NCBI GenBank assembly: GCA_964016885.1
Contig: OZ024743.1
Location: 111,786,001-111,850,000, forward strand
Direction of reading: 5' to 3'
Source of the DNA: Eledone cirrhosa
Taxonomy: Eukaryota
DNA length: 64,000 nucleotides
The notes beneath the pieces were generated by a model. The model was given only the letters and a program-made list of their open reading frames with translations, was not told the DNA's origin and did not search any database. The position numbers were made by a program, and so were the translations under genes. Below, one piece after another: positions 27,319-40,284 of the stretch. Each line of letters begins with the position of its first letter. The first letter of the stretch is position 1.

Positions 27319-27476
27319 TATATACATCATAACATCAAAATACATCCTGTATATACCAATACTAAATGTAGCTGCCATGGCAAATGGTATGTTGCCTGGT
27401 GTAGGAATCTTTTCAAATGCAGACATCATTTTTCTAATCATGCTACGAGAAATACTACTTGATGTTTTGGGATACA

Positions 27477-27521
<45 letters not shown>

Positions 27522-27956
27522 CAATTTATACTTCCGTATAGAGGCCTGGAAAAAGTATTTAGTAATTCTTACAGATGAGAAACAATAAACATGATATTCA
27601 GAGATAAATTAATGAAAAAATAAAAATTAAATTAAAGAAATAAAAAAAATAAAACAAAATATACAACTGACATAAGGAGGCCAATGGGTTACAAAATATG
27701 TACAAAAATGTTGAAGAAAAACGGGATGCATTGAAAGCTGTAATGCAGCCAAGATGTTCTGTAGTTGAATCATGCATGTACTGAACGATCGGCTTCAAGA
27801 TGTCCCCCCACCCCCTCTCTCTCTCTCTCTCTCCATCTCTCTCTCTCAGATTGACAGTTTTTACATTATAACAAATAGTTCCAAAACGTTGCTGGGCATT
27901 CACGCCAAGAAACCAGAGGTGTTACTCTACGGCCAGCTCGTGATGAAATGTAAATT

Positions 27957-28128
27957 AATTGTTTCTACATTTGGCACAAGGCCAGCAATACCCAATGCAT
28001 TACTGGTACTTTATTTTATCGAACCCGTCAGGATGAAAGGCAAAGTTAACCTCGGCGGGATTTGAACTCAGAATGGCATGGACCGTAACTCTATGCGTCA
28101 AAGCATGGTGTCCGACCCTCTACCGATG
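27957..28128 (-). mobile_element. SINE copy
   Basis: Near-full-length match to the other copies. Confidence 0.9.
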
Positions 28129-28234
28129 TCATATGGATATATATATACTATATATTTTTTTTTAACATATATATATATACATATATACATATATATAAAG
28201 GACGACGTGTTAGATGTTAATTACATTCATTGAG

Positions 28235-28299
<65 letters not shown>

Positions 28300-28885
28300 A
28301 GAGCGAGAGAGAGAGAGAAAGAGAGAGAGGGAGAGAGAGATAGAGAGAGAGTGCACGCGTCCATACGTGGTTTCAGTATCACACCTGTGGCCACCTGAAC
28401 TCCAAATATCAAAAGTAATTTGTGGTGACGAATAAGTAATATTTGTCGACAGGTTTCTGTTTGTGTGGCTTCAACATCTTTCCAAAATAGTTGTAATAGA
28501 ATGAATCACGAATCAAATAGACGGAAACATATATTTATTGGCATGGAAATATAGAATGAATAATAAATAAACCACGCTTCTATGAAGTTCCTTCATTTGC
28601 AAGAAATATCAACGAAAGATATATAATTTGTCCTAAATTTGAAAGGGAGCAAAGCATTTAATATTATCTGTAGTCTTAGTTTTAAAAATATCTGACAAAT
28701 TATCAGGATAGACACGGCTGGGGCGCCTTTATTCTTGTCTCCAAAATATATGCTGAGGTGTGGTATATAACGTCTATGAAAACAACAGTTATATTTTGTA
28801 ATCTTATTCAATATATGGATTGGCATCTACAGCTACCTCAGTGTGAGTCACCACGAGAAACAGGACAACAACTCTTTAGATTCAT

Positions 28886-28958
<73 letters not shown>

Positions 28959-28961
<3 letters not shown>

Positions 28962-29361
28962 AAAGTTATATTTAAATTGTTGGGTTACAACTAGTAAATA
29001 TTTATAACTGATATAAAAGCACTCGACAAATATTTGGAGTATATTTACAATATTAAATAAATGGAAACTATATTTATAAAACCATATTTATTTCATTATA
29101 TATATTTCAGGGATATATTAACAATATGCTATGCCTTCCTCAGACAAAATACAATATAAACAGTTTTATAGATAAATAGATTCGACATACCTTCTCAAAT
29201 GCAAGTAGATGTTGTTACGGTATGTCGAATCTATTTATCTATAAAACTGTTTATATTGTATTTTGTCTGAGGAAGGCATAGCATATTGTTAATATGATAT
29301 CCCTGAAATATATATAATGAAATAAATATGGTTTTATAAATATAGTTTCCATTTATTTAAT

Positions 29362-29365
<4 letters not shown>
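28959..29365. mobile_element. Family-A fold-back unit with two divergently oriented hammerheads (29089-29151 minus, 29259-29324 plus)
   Basis: Arms ~29047-29191 and ~29218-29365 are near-perfect reverse complements. Each has CUGAGGA...GAAA UAUAU AUA with stem I UAUUUUGU/AUGAAAUA. (TA)n lies on both sides. Confidence 0.85.
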
Positions 29366-29420
<55 letters not shown>

Positions 29421-29435
29421 TTGAGTCTGTCCGTC

Positions 29436-29467
<32 letters not shown>

Positions 29468-30832
29468 CATGTGTGTGTGTATATGTGTGTATGTGTGTGT
29501 GTTTGAGTTTGTCTGTATGTGTGTGTGTGTGTGTGTGTGTGTTTTGGGGGATTTAAGGTTAAAATCATTGTAAAAGGTATGCCGCAGTTGAATATTTGTA
29601 GTTCAAACAGTGAGTCTTTCCAGAGACATGGATTCACTTTCAGTTATACTAACTACACCAGCAAAATGTACCAATAAAATTATTAAAGAATGAAACATAT
29701 ATAAATTAACAGTTTTGATAAAACGTTCCTGAAAATCACATTATAATCCGGCTCTTGCGTTTGTCGTTGATTCGCCGGTTTCGCACACATTTAGAAAACT
29801 TTAATTCAAAATCATTCCCTCCTTCATTATTTCTTGTATTCTAAAGTTTATGAATTCGTTATTACAGTAATATTTTTTGTTTAAATAGGTTCTATTCTCG
29901 TTTATAGCGGGTCAATCCTATTTTGCATCTATATGTTTTGAAATGCATAACTAGCATACTATTCTACTTCAAGAAGACGATTTTGTAGTCTTCTAATCTA
30001 ATGCAACCGTAGATTGCCAAAACCGGTAGGTAAATGTACTAAAGGGAATTGAGTTGGCTTCATTAAAATCAATATCGATTCAAAGACATAACTCGTGATA
30101 AAAGGCGACAACCTCTTACTATACGGAATTATGTCCGATACTCTAATCGAATTTTCGGCATTTTCCGGGTTTCCTGAAAGAAAGCCGTAAAACCTCACAA
30201 ATGTAAAATACAAACAACTACAGAAATAAAAATATGTTCCCACGAGATTTCATCTTAGGACGTGAAGGAATTAAACTTCACACATGAAGGTGTTTAGTCA
30301 GGTACTGTACCACTTCATTTAATCTAAGAGCACTTTAAAATATATAATATTGAAGTCTGTTGTCTACGTGACTTTCAAAGTTCAAATTAAACCATATGCC
30401 CTTTAAAACACGTGAGGATAGTAATGATTGACTTCCCATCGATAGTTAGTCTGCTTCATCATCGGTATCAAAATATCTTGGGAATCCCGCATAAACCATG
30501 GTTAACTTTGGTCTTTAATCACGCAAACAATAATTCCATATTTCTAAACAACTTCAAGAGAATGAAAACAGGCCCCGAATGAAAGACAATGTCCTCATTA
30601 ACCTCAGTAGAACTCAGAACATAATGAGCCGTATTGTCCGACGCGTTAAGCCTTCTGTTAATCCACAAGGATATTGGTAAAATAATGATTTCTGCACCAG
30701 GAAAAAAGGCAGGAAACATTGGGGTGGAAAATAAGTAAAAATAATTTAAATATATGACTGTTCCTTTATTTTGTTGTTCCCAGAAAGTGAATTTGATCTC
30801 AGAACAAAAGGAACCGGAACAATACTGGTATA

Positions 30833-31757
30833 TCTGTATATATATAAAATTATGTATGTGTGTGTGTCTGTGTGTCTGTGTATTACCTATAGGGGCCTAC
30901 ATCTTACGACCGATTTTCATGAACTTTTACAGGCTCATAGATTATTCATCAGGGAGTGTTTTCTATGTATCAGCATATCGTTTTTTTTTATTCTGGGGTC
31001 ATTCTGCAGATGAAAATCGATAGGGGGTGACCTTTTTTTAGGTATCGAAAAATAAGATTTTTTGGCTCTAGCTCCCACATTTTGCCACCGATTTCGTTCA
31101 AATGTTAAAGCAAAATAGAATTTATCATTGCACATCCTGTAATGGCTTTATATTTTGCATTTTTTGTTCATGAACGGCGTGGCGGCCGCTTAAATATTCG
31201 AAAATACCACCTTTTCGGCTCTAGCTCCCACATTTTTCAACCGATATCGTTCAAATTCGAAACTTCGGCTCTACCTCACACATAAATCAATTTATTTGGT
31301 TCAACTTTTATACTACGAGAGAATATATCATTAGCTCCCACATTTTTCAACCGATTTCGTTCAAAGTCGAAACTACGGCTCCACCTCACACATAAATAAA
31401 TTTATTTGGTTCAACTTTTATACTACGATAGAACCTATCATTGCACATCTTATAGATTGTCAAAGGTAAAGCGATGGCCACTGACGTCGTCTGAGCCTTT
31501 AGTTGTGTATTTGAGAATTCATCGGTTTCCAATCAAGTAGCGTGAGGAAATTTGGCTTAGTGTTAGAGGTCATTACCTCCCTCCCCCAGCATGCCCCTTC
31601 GTCAGTCACTCTCGTTTCTCAGTGATAGAGGTCATCATCACCCGCCCCCGCATGGTCTGTGTGTAGCCATAGATGTGTCATCGAGAAGCAGATCAACACC
31701 TTTTCATCAGAGCAGATATTATTTTACCTACCCAGGCAACGCTGGGTCCTGCTGCTA

Positions 31758-31758
<1 letters not shown>
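30833..31758 (+). mobile_element. Non-autonomous Helitron-type element
   Basis: 5' A|TCTGTATATATATAAAA plus a (TG)n tract. 3' hairpin ACCCAGGCAACGCTGGGT followed by CTAG|T. Internal ~110-bp tandem repeats (TAGCTCCCACATTTT...CCGAT at ~31069, 31221, 31332). Confidence 0.8.
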
Positions 31759-31806
<48 letters not shown>

Positions 31807-31887
31807 ACTAGAATGCAGCCGAGAATATATACATTTCTCGTCTGTGTAAATGAAATGATTAATCTGATATATATATATATATATTAA

Positions 31888-31933
<46 letters not shown>

Positions 31934-31954
31934 TGTATATATATATATATACAC

Positions 31955-31998
<44 letters not shown>

Positions 31999-31999
31999 G

Positions 32000-32085
<86 letters not shown>

Positions 32086-32162
32086 GTGTATATATATATA
32101 TACAATATGTGTGTATATATATATATATATATGAGATTAATATATATATATCAGATTAATCA

Positions 32163-32755
32163 TCTCATTTACACAGACGAGAAAAGTATATATTCTCGGC
32201 TGCATTCTAGTCCAGCAGTCGCAAGCCGTGGGAGGAACCGTCCTAACGAAGGCTAGTTAAGCCTGAAATGCATAGACGGTTGTCCCCCTTGCTCCTGCTG
32301 GACATCACCAGAGGGCGTTAGCCCGTCGGTGTTTGCATAGCTACGGCTTCCTAAAATCGTATTTTCTTGGGGATACGAAATATTTATACATATTGTATCA
32401 AGCTATGCTTGAAGCGAAATCCTATTTCTCTTTTATTATAAGTTGAGCCAACTTATAATACTTCATATGCAAATGAGAATAATCACCTCATTTACACATA
32501 CGAGAAATGTATATATTCTCGGTGTCTTCTAGTCCAGCAGTCGCAAGCGGTAGGAGGGACCGTCCTGAGGAAAGGCCAGTTAAGCCTGAAATGCGTAGAC
32601 TGTTGTCCCACTTCCTTCAGCTGAACATCACCAGAGGGCGTTAGCCACCCGGTGTTTGCATAGCTACGGTTTCCTAAAACTGTATTTCCTTGGAGATACG
32701 AAATATTTATACATATTGTATAAAACTATGCTTGAAGCGAAATCCTATTTCTTTT
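32163..32755 (+). repeat. Tandem ~322-bp dimer, each unit with a minimal hammerhead (family D; 32238-32279 and 32560-32602)
   Basis: Unit 1: CCGUC-CUAACGA-AGGC..GCCU-GAAA-UGCA-UA-GACGG. Unit 2: CCGUC-CUGAGGA-AAGGC..GCCU-GAAA-UGCG-UA-GACUG. An inverted copy of the 5' part lies at 31808-31892. Confidence 0.8.
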
Positions 32756-32764
32756 ATATATATT

Positions 32765-32814
<50 letters not shown>

Positions 32815-32819
<5 letters not shown>

Positions 32820-33516
32820 GGAAAAATGAAACAAATTTCATTTCTCACTCTTAGTACGGCTGTTACTTAAATATAAGTATGTATACGTACATACATATAT
32901 GTATACAGACGTACAGTAGTATGTATATATATATATATACATACATGCACACACATATATATATATATATATATGTACGTATGGATTCACCGAACATTTA
33001 TTATAATACTAGATGTGTTTGTAAACAAACATACCGAATTAAGCCGTACAGTGTCTAGCAACCATCGTTGCTCATTTGTTCAACCCTGACAAAGGAACGC
33101 TGTACTAGTTTCAAGCTTATTAGCTATCGTCAGCAACGTATACCTTCCTGCCAGATGATTGAACGTCTGAAAGTATATACTTTCTTAATGCATATTAACG
33201 GCTGAGCAGCCTTATTTGCATATCGAGTGAGTTAATCGGCTGGGGTACCGAAAACGATAAACGGAAAAAATGAAACAAAATTTCATTTCTCATTCTTAGT
33301 ACGGTTGTTACTTAAATATAAGTATGTATACGTACATACATATATGTATACAGACGTACAGTAGTATGTATATATATATAAACATGCATGCACACATATA
33401 TATATTATATACAGTACATTACTGGTACTTTATTATAATGCTCGGTGTGTTTGTAAACAAACATCCCGAATTAAGCCGTACACTGTCTAGCAACCATCAT
33501 TGTTCATTTGTTCAAC
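32815..33516. repeat. Tandem ~443-bp-period repeat (family E); third partial copy at 16766-16900
   Basis: CATTTCTCA(C/T)TCTTAGTACGG(C/T)TGTTACTT...CAGACGTACAGTAG occurs at ~16792, 32839 and 33284. Confidence 0.85.
33098..33138 (-). ncRNA. Minimal type I hammerhead ribozyme motif, family E
   Basis: Minus strand: CGUUG-CUGACGA-UAGC UAAUAA GCUU-GAAAC-UA-GUA^-CAGCG. Stem III is the palindrome ACUAGU. Confidence 0.75.
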
Positions 33517-33549
33517 TCAATATATACATACTACCGTACGTATGTATAC

Positions 33550-33745
33550 ATTTTATCTGATAAAAGCACACTATAATTTAACTTGGTGTCCTTGAAATGT
33601 GTATAATGAAATAAATATGGTTTTATAAATATGGTTTCCATTTGTTAATATATCGTATTTTTAGTCCAATAATTTGTTGAGTGCTTTATATCAGTTATAA
33701 AAATATTTGGTTGTTGTATCCCAACAATTTAGATAGAACTTCTAC
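33550..33745 (+). mobile_element. Family-A unit with mutated HHR core (CUGAUAA)
   Basis: Matches 6651-6715 (reverse complement) joined to 6805-6935. It ends in (TA)n. Confidence 0.8.
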
Positions 33746-33764
33746 ATATATCTATATATATATA

Positions 33765-33836
<72 letters not shown>

Positions 33837-33902
33837 CCACACATAAGATGTATATATGTATATTAATATTTATATATACATATATACATATATATATATA
33901 TT

Positions 33903-33935
<33 letters not shown>

Positions 33936-34146
33936 TATGTATATATATATATATAATACGTGTATATATAATATGTGTATATATATATAATATGTGTATG
34001 TGTATACATATATATATAATATGTGTATATATATATATGTGTGTGTGTATATATATATATATGTATATATATAATATGTGTATATATATATAATATGTGT
34101 GTGTGTATATATATATATATAATATGTGTATAATACATACATATGT

Positions 34147-34211
<65 letters not shown>

Positions 34212-34392
34212 TATGCAAATGTTCTATTTAAAATTGTTGGGATACAACAAGTAAATATTTTATAACTTATATAAAGCACTCGACAAGTTTTTGGAGTAGA
34301 TATACGATATTAAATATCCAGACAGCTTCCATAAATAATGGTTGCATCTAATAGGGTACGTCACCATTATTTATAAAACTGTTTATATATTG

Positions 34393-34457
34393 TATTTTGT
34401 CTGATGAAGGCATAACATATTTTAATTTGGTATCCCTGAAATATGTATAATGAAATA
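34393..34457 (+). ncRNA. Type I hammerhead motif, family A (unit ~34213-34500)
   Basis: UAUUUUGU-CUGAUGA-[AGGCAUAAC...GGUAUCCCU]-GAAA-UAUGU-AUA^-AUGAAAUA. Confidence 0.75.
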
Positions 34458-34522
34458 AATATGGTTTTATAAATATAGTTTCCATTTATTTAATATCGCA
34501 TATAAATATATATATATATGTA

Positions 34523-34560
<38 letters not shown>

Positions 34561-34610
34561 CCGACACTCAAACGATATTTGCAATCAACCTCTTTTCAAA
34601 TTGAGATGAA

Positions 34611-34797
34611 ATAATTGTTTCTTCTTTAGGCACAAGGCCACCAATTAACCAGTACATTACTGGTACTTTATTTTATCGACCTCGTAAGGATGAAAGGCAA
34701 AGTTAACCTCGGAGGGATTTGAACTCAGACTGTAAAGGGACGTAACTATGCTAGAAAGCATGGCGTCCGACTCTCTACCGATACTGCCAATTCCCCA
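34611..34797 (-). mobile_element. Full-length SINE
   Basis: Matches the other copies. Confidence 0.9.
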
Positions 34798-35107
34798 GCC
34801 AAACAATGTTTATGAAGAAACACGAACACAACCATTATTCATTTGATAGATTTTCACATGATCATGTGCTGACAAATTAGCAGTATGGTTGATTTCATCT
34901 ATATCAGTTTATAACTGACTTGTATGGGCCAAGAGAGAATAACAGATAAATTCAAATCTATTTTACGGAAATTTATTTCAGTAAATATCTTAGGACTTTC
35001 GCACGGCACTTGAACGTTTATATACGTTCGAAATATGCCCGAACAAATACATCAGCCAATAAGTGGTTGTTCCACAGGCTAGAAAGAGCAGATGGGCATC
35101 ATTAACC

Positions 35108-35181
<74 letters not shown>

Positions 35182-35960
35182 TATATATATATATATATAC
35201 TTGTGTCTGTGTGTTTGTTTTCATGTTTATGGTTCTGTGTTTGCATGTGCGTGTGTGTGTGTGTGCGCGTGTGTGTGTGTGTGTTTTACTAAACGTTGCA
35301 TTGATGTAAACTTCAACGAACTGCGAAAATATAAGCCCTGACATCTGGAGAACCGGATCTTCTCATCTCTGCAAACATTTAAGAAATGCTATGTTATGTG
35401 AGTCATGAACGGCGATCGTTGTCGACAGTTACCCACCCTTGCTTCTGCTGGAAATCGCTAGATGGCGCCACGTCATCAGTTTTTCAAAATACATAGCTGA
35501 AGGCTTTGAAATGTTTATTAATAAATATACCGCATATCGCTAGATATACAAAATACTCATACTTATATGTATATAGCTGTGTTAAGAGAGAACAACTCAA
35601 ATCAATTTTCCGGCCGAGACAGCCGACAGACATTACAATTGAGGCTACATAGGTATCAAACTATATTTTTTCTACTATATTGAGTTCTAGCAGAGAACAG
35701 GTTACAGGAGCACTGGCATGATAACGAACATAGATTAAAGCAAAAACTATTATACTTAGGTGCCAAGGAAACACGTGTCAACAGAGCAAAATCCATCCCT
35801 ATATAGCCACTTCTCTGCCATCTTTACCATACCTCTCAATTCTCTCAGTTATTTATTTCATTATGAGGAGTAATTCCATTTTAATAATGTTTTGTCTTCA
35901 GAACTGCATGAATCCACATACGGTCTGATTCCCAACTATATTAATTTGAAATCAATATTA

Positions 35961-36093
35961 ATATAATTGTTTCTACTTTAGGCACAAGGCCAGCAATTAT
36001 CCAGTACATTACTGGTACTTTATTTTATCGACCCCGTAAGGATGAAAGACAAAGTTAACCTCGGCGCGATTTGAACTCAGACTGTAAAGGGAC
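35961..36093 (-). mobile_element. 5'-truncated SINE
   Basis: Matches the other copies up to GTAAAGGGAC. Confidence 0.9.
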
Positions 36094-36502
36094 TTGAGGA
36101 CAACAGTTCAGATATTAATTTTGAAAGGCCAAATGATCTAGATTGGTTGGGAGATTATTGAGTACGAATCGGATTATATATCAGTACGATACAAAATAGG
36201 TGAGGCATTTATGAACATTTGATATTGAATAGGCATATTTTTAGTTTCATATATGCAAACAACTGCAGTTAATAAGGAGCTGCGTTTATACCTTTTAAGA
36301 AGCCAAGGTTTGTATAGTATAAAGTAAAGAGCAGTTTTATTGATTCGTAGATGAACAGTGTCATATATTAGTTCAGTTATGCCCAAAGGAAGGAAAATAC
36401 AAGTGTGCATCCATTCACGTTGCACTAGTGTGTTCATATGTGTGTGTGAATGTGTCTTGTATATGCATGCCTGGGTATAATATAAATATATATATATATA
36501 TA

Positions 36503-36540
<38 letters not shown>

Positions 36541-38272
36541 AGTGAATTTATGTGTATCCGTCAATTTGAGTGTTAACTTTGAAATGGAAAATGATCATAT
36601 AATACTTCAGAAGTGAGTGATCATTTCATGCAAGTTGATCTTCTGTAAACCAACAAAGTGCCGAAAAGCAAAAGATTGGATATCGGCATTCGGTGAACTC
36701 TATGCAGTTTTGCTACCTGACTGGAGTCATTTCTCTACGGTCATTCTATTAATAAATTTAGAGAAAGCGAAAATTCACCGTCATAAATAAAATTAAAATA
36801 TTGTATCTAGTCAAAATAATCTAGTAGTTTAGTTTATGTACCACAAATTAATTTATATTTACAATTTCTAAATAATGGAAAGAAACAAATTGCAACATGC
36901 ATTAAACAAGTCATAATTTCTCACTATATTCCATTCCGAAACATGCGCAAAACCATGTATATTTCAGAATTCTTAAAATGCAATTCGATTATGAATCGGA
37001 TTCTTGTAGGATATGCGTTTTGCCACAAAATATGATGTTTCTATTTCATACGATAATAAATGCTTTTTCCTTAACCAAGGATAAGGACTGGCGAACGTGG
37101 CCATCTTATATGCTTGTATTCATAGAATTGTTATATTCCTTCTTTTTTTTTGTTTCTTTCTCAAAACGACAAAATGTGCTTTGTAGAAAATGTCGTTATT
37201 AATGTTATCAGATCAAGGTGTAGGTCAGAAGTTTGTTCCCTTGGTAGTGTAAGATGAGTGGAAGAAATTTAAATACATAACACCATACTACATTTAACGT
37301 AAATATGGATTATGGTAGGTGTATTATGCAGTAGAGAGATCCGATATATAGTTAAACTAAATTACAATTACTTGTTGATTAGCAACTGTTAAACCTGTAA
37401 TCAGAACATATCAGATTACAATGAAATATATTTCATGTTCTGTTTACAATTTAGTGAATATGTCATCGTAATCCAATCTATATACAATTACTACCATTAT
37501 CTACTTCCAGTTTGCTCAGAATGCCATCAAATTGTGGGATGTGGAAAATAGATTAGATCGAGACCAGTCCATCACAGGTACTATTTCATCAGGCCTCAAA
37601 GAATGAAAGGAAAGTTGACAATGGCAAGAATTCAATATAGCATATAAAGGAATGCAACTACCAATACGTATCGATAACATTAGCTTCCACTGAATATAGG
37701 CAAGCAATAAAAAAGGCAGCCGAAGGGGGTGAACATATAGGTTGATGATTACAGTTAAATAATATTGTTTAGGCTAATTAGGCATAATTCAGTTGCGATT
37801 ATTTTGTTCAAATGTTGGGAAAACAACCGTACATTGGTGACATGCTGCAACATACAAAGAGAATAAAAAAAAGGCAGACTGTCCAAATTCCACAAAAGTA
37901 GTTAAGTAGTGTAAATAGAAGTACAATAGGTAAGTTCATTATTATTATCATCAATCACGTTATTCACTGTCATATCAGGCGCAGATACATAAAAGAGGTT
38001 CATATCTAACAGTATGCGGAAATAACATGGCCAGCGGCAAGTACAAAACTAAAAAGGGGTGTTATATTTACAGGTGGAGTATTTAGGCGTACAGTAATCT
38101 GATTAATTTACCCCCTTAATTTATATCGACGAGAGCGGGGCTAATTATAAGCATCACGCTTATGAATACGAGGTATACATTGTAATATGTATATGTATAT
38201 ATATATATATATATATAGCGGCGATGAATTAGTTTTGCGAGGTTTTTTATATGAAATCGTGTGTCGAAACAA

Positions 38273-38361
38273 ATATTGTTATACTTGGGGAGGGTCATAT
38301 TTGTGTAATATTGCCAGTATTATATTGGCATTATTACACAAATATGACCCTCCCCAAGTAT

Positions 38362-38369
<8 letters not shown>
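38273..38369. repeat. ~97-bp near-perfect palindrome ending in (TA)n
   Basis: ATATTGTTATACTTGGGGAGGGTCATATTTGTGTAAT...ATTACACAAATATGACCCTCCCCAAGTATAACAATAT. Confidence 0.9.
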
Positions 38370-38413
<44 letters not shown>

Positions 38414-38420
<7 letters not shown>

Positions 38421-38733
38421 AGGAAAAAAAAAATCAGTTTTGCGACGAATAGAATTTATTGAATATTACTATCGTTTCTCTGGCGACCAGCTCGAGGCAC
38501 GATCGATTTGATGGTCGAACCTGACTCTGAAATTCGCAAGATCCTCAGATACGTCTTGATAAATCTGCTTCGTAGAATCTAAAATCAAGACGTATCTGAG
38601 AAGCTTGCGATTTTCAGAGTCGTGTTCGATCATCAAATCGATCGTGCCTCGAACTGGTCGTCAGAGAAACGATTGTAATATGTCCAATAAATTCCATTCG
38701 TCGCAACACTGATTCTCTTTTTTTCTGTGATAT
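38414..38733. repeat. ~147-bp-arm palindrome with long-stem-II hammerheads (family F; 38460-38555 minus, 38589-38684 plus)
   Basis: Minus arm: GACGUAU-CUGAGGA-UCU...(~60 nt)...AGA-GAAAC-GAUA-GUA^-AUAU. The plus arm has a mutated core (CUGAGAA) but a 7-bp stem I (GACGUAU/AUAUGUC). Confidence 0.8.
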
Positions 38734-39385
38734 CATACTCTGCTCTATGAGAGTATCGAGTGCTCACAAGGCTTACCGCATACGGACACTTCAAGCATCC
38801 AACACCAATTATATATATATATTTATTAAAATAACAGATTACAATTTAAGCAAAGAATCGCTGCTTTCACCCTTAACGGGATCTTCTGAAACTAAAAAAA
38901 TCAATCTGTGAACGCAGAGCTAAATATTTCGAAAAACGTTGCAACCGAAGGAAGACAGGAAGACGATACTTTGGTTCGTGGAGACGTTCCCTGGCAAAGA
39001 CCGAAAAAAACGAAGATAATACGTCATTATGTAGTGCGTGAGAACAATTACACGCAAAGATAACACCACGTTTATGGTATAACTGAAGTCGTAGATTAAA
39101 ATTCTATTCAGGAAACCGAATGATTCTCGGCTTCAGAGTTAAGAATAATGTAAATAAATTACAGAGGTTATTGAAATCAACTATAATTAAATATATACAT
39201 GCACACATCCATATACGTATATACACATGCATACGCGGAAACACCCGCCATGGGTATGCAAATACAGGCAGGTACACAAAACCAGGCGCAGACCTACAAA
39301 TATCCACGTCTCTGAAAATCAAAGATATGAGGGCGATCGAACATTTAGCAGCTTCTACCACGGTCGGCCGCCCTCAAGTTATTTT

Positions 39386-40284
39386 ATAATAATTGTTTCT
39401 ACTTTAGGCACAAGGCCAGCAATTACCCAGTGCATTACTGGTACTTTATTTTATCGATCCTGGTACTTTATTTTATCGACCCCGTAAGGATGAATGGCAA
39501 TGAACTCCGTACTCGCACCACCAACTACACAAACGAAGACGAGTGAGTTGCATTACTTTGAGTGCTCTCCATAATATTATAATCGAGGTTGGCCATACGG
39601 AATGACCAGTTCTATCCAGTTGGTGGACGAACAAACCTAAATAAATAAATATATATATATATAACACTTATCGAATCCTCTCTAGATGCTGATATATGTA
39701 TTTATTATTATTTTAAGGGCGGTGGATTGGCAGTTTCGGTAGACGGTCGGACGCCATGCTTTCCAGCATAGCTACGTCCCTTTACGATCTGAGTTCAAAT
39801 CCCGCCGACGTTGACTTTGCCTTTCATCCTTACGGGGTCGATAAAATAAAGTACCAGTAATGCATTGGATAATTGCTGGGCTTGTGCCTAAAGTAGAAAC
39901 AATTATTATTATTTGGCTCCTCCTGCTGGCCTTGTGCCAAAAGTAGAAACAATTATTTCGCTCCTCCGGTAGAGCAGCCTTCAGATTTAAAAACTATGAA
40001 GTAACGATACCTAAATATTTCTACGAGATATATTGATGTACCAAATATGAAGACAATACATATTTAATATAATCATTAAAAAATTATTATTTCCTAATAA
40101 TTATTTCTACTTTTGGCACAAGGACAGCAATTATCCCAGTACATTACTGGTACTTTATTTTATCGACCCAGTAAGGATGAAAGCCAAAGTTAACCTCGGC
40201 GGAATTTGAACTCAGACCATAAAGGGCCGTAACTCTTTGCTGCAAAGCATGGCGTCCGACCCTCTACCGATACTGCCAATCCAC
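39386..40284. mobile_element. SINE cluster: 39386-39500 (-), 39717-39912 (+), 39924-39957 (+, 3' tip only), 40097-40284 (-)
   Basis: Match to the other copies on alternating strands. Confidence 0.9.

Noticed and set aside
31060-31450. CRISPR-like repeats
   Set aside because: These are tandem subrepeats inside a Helitron-type element in eukaryotic DNA, with no unique spacers or cas genes.
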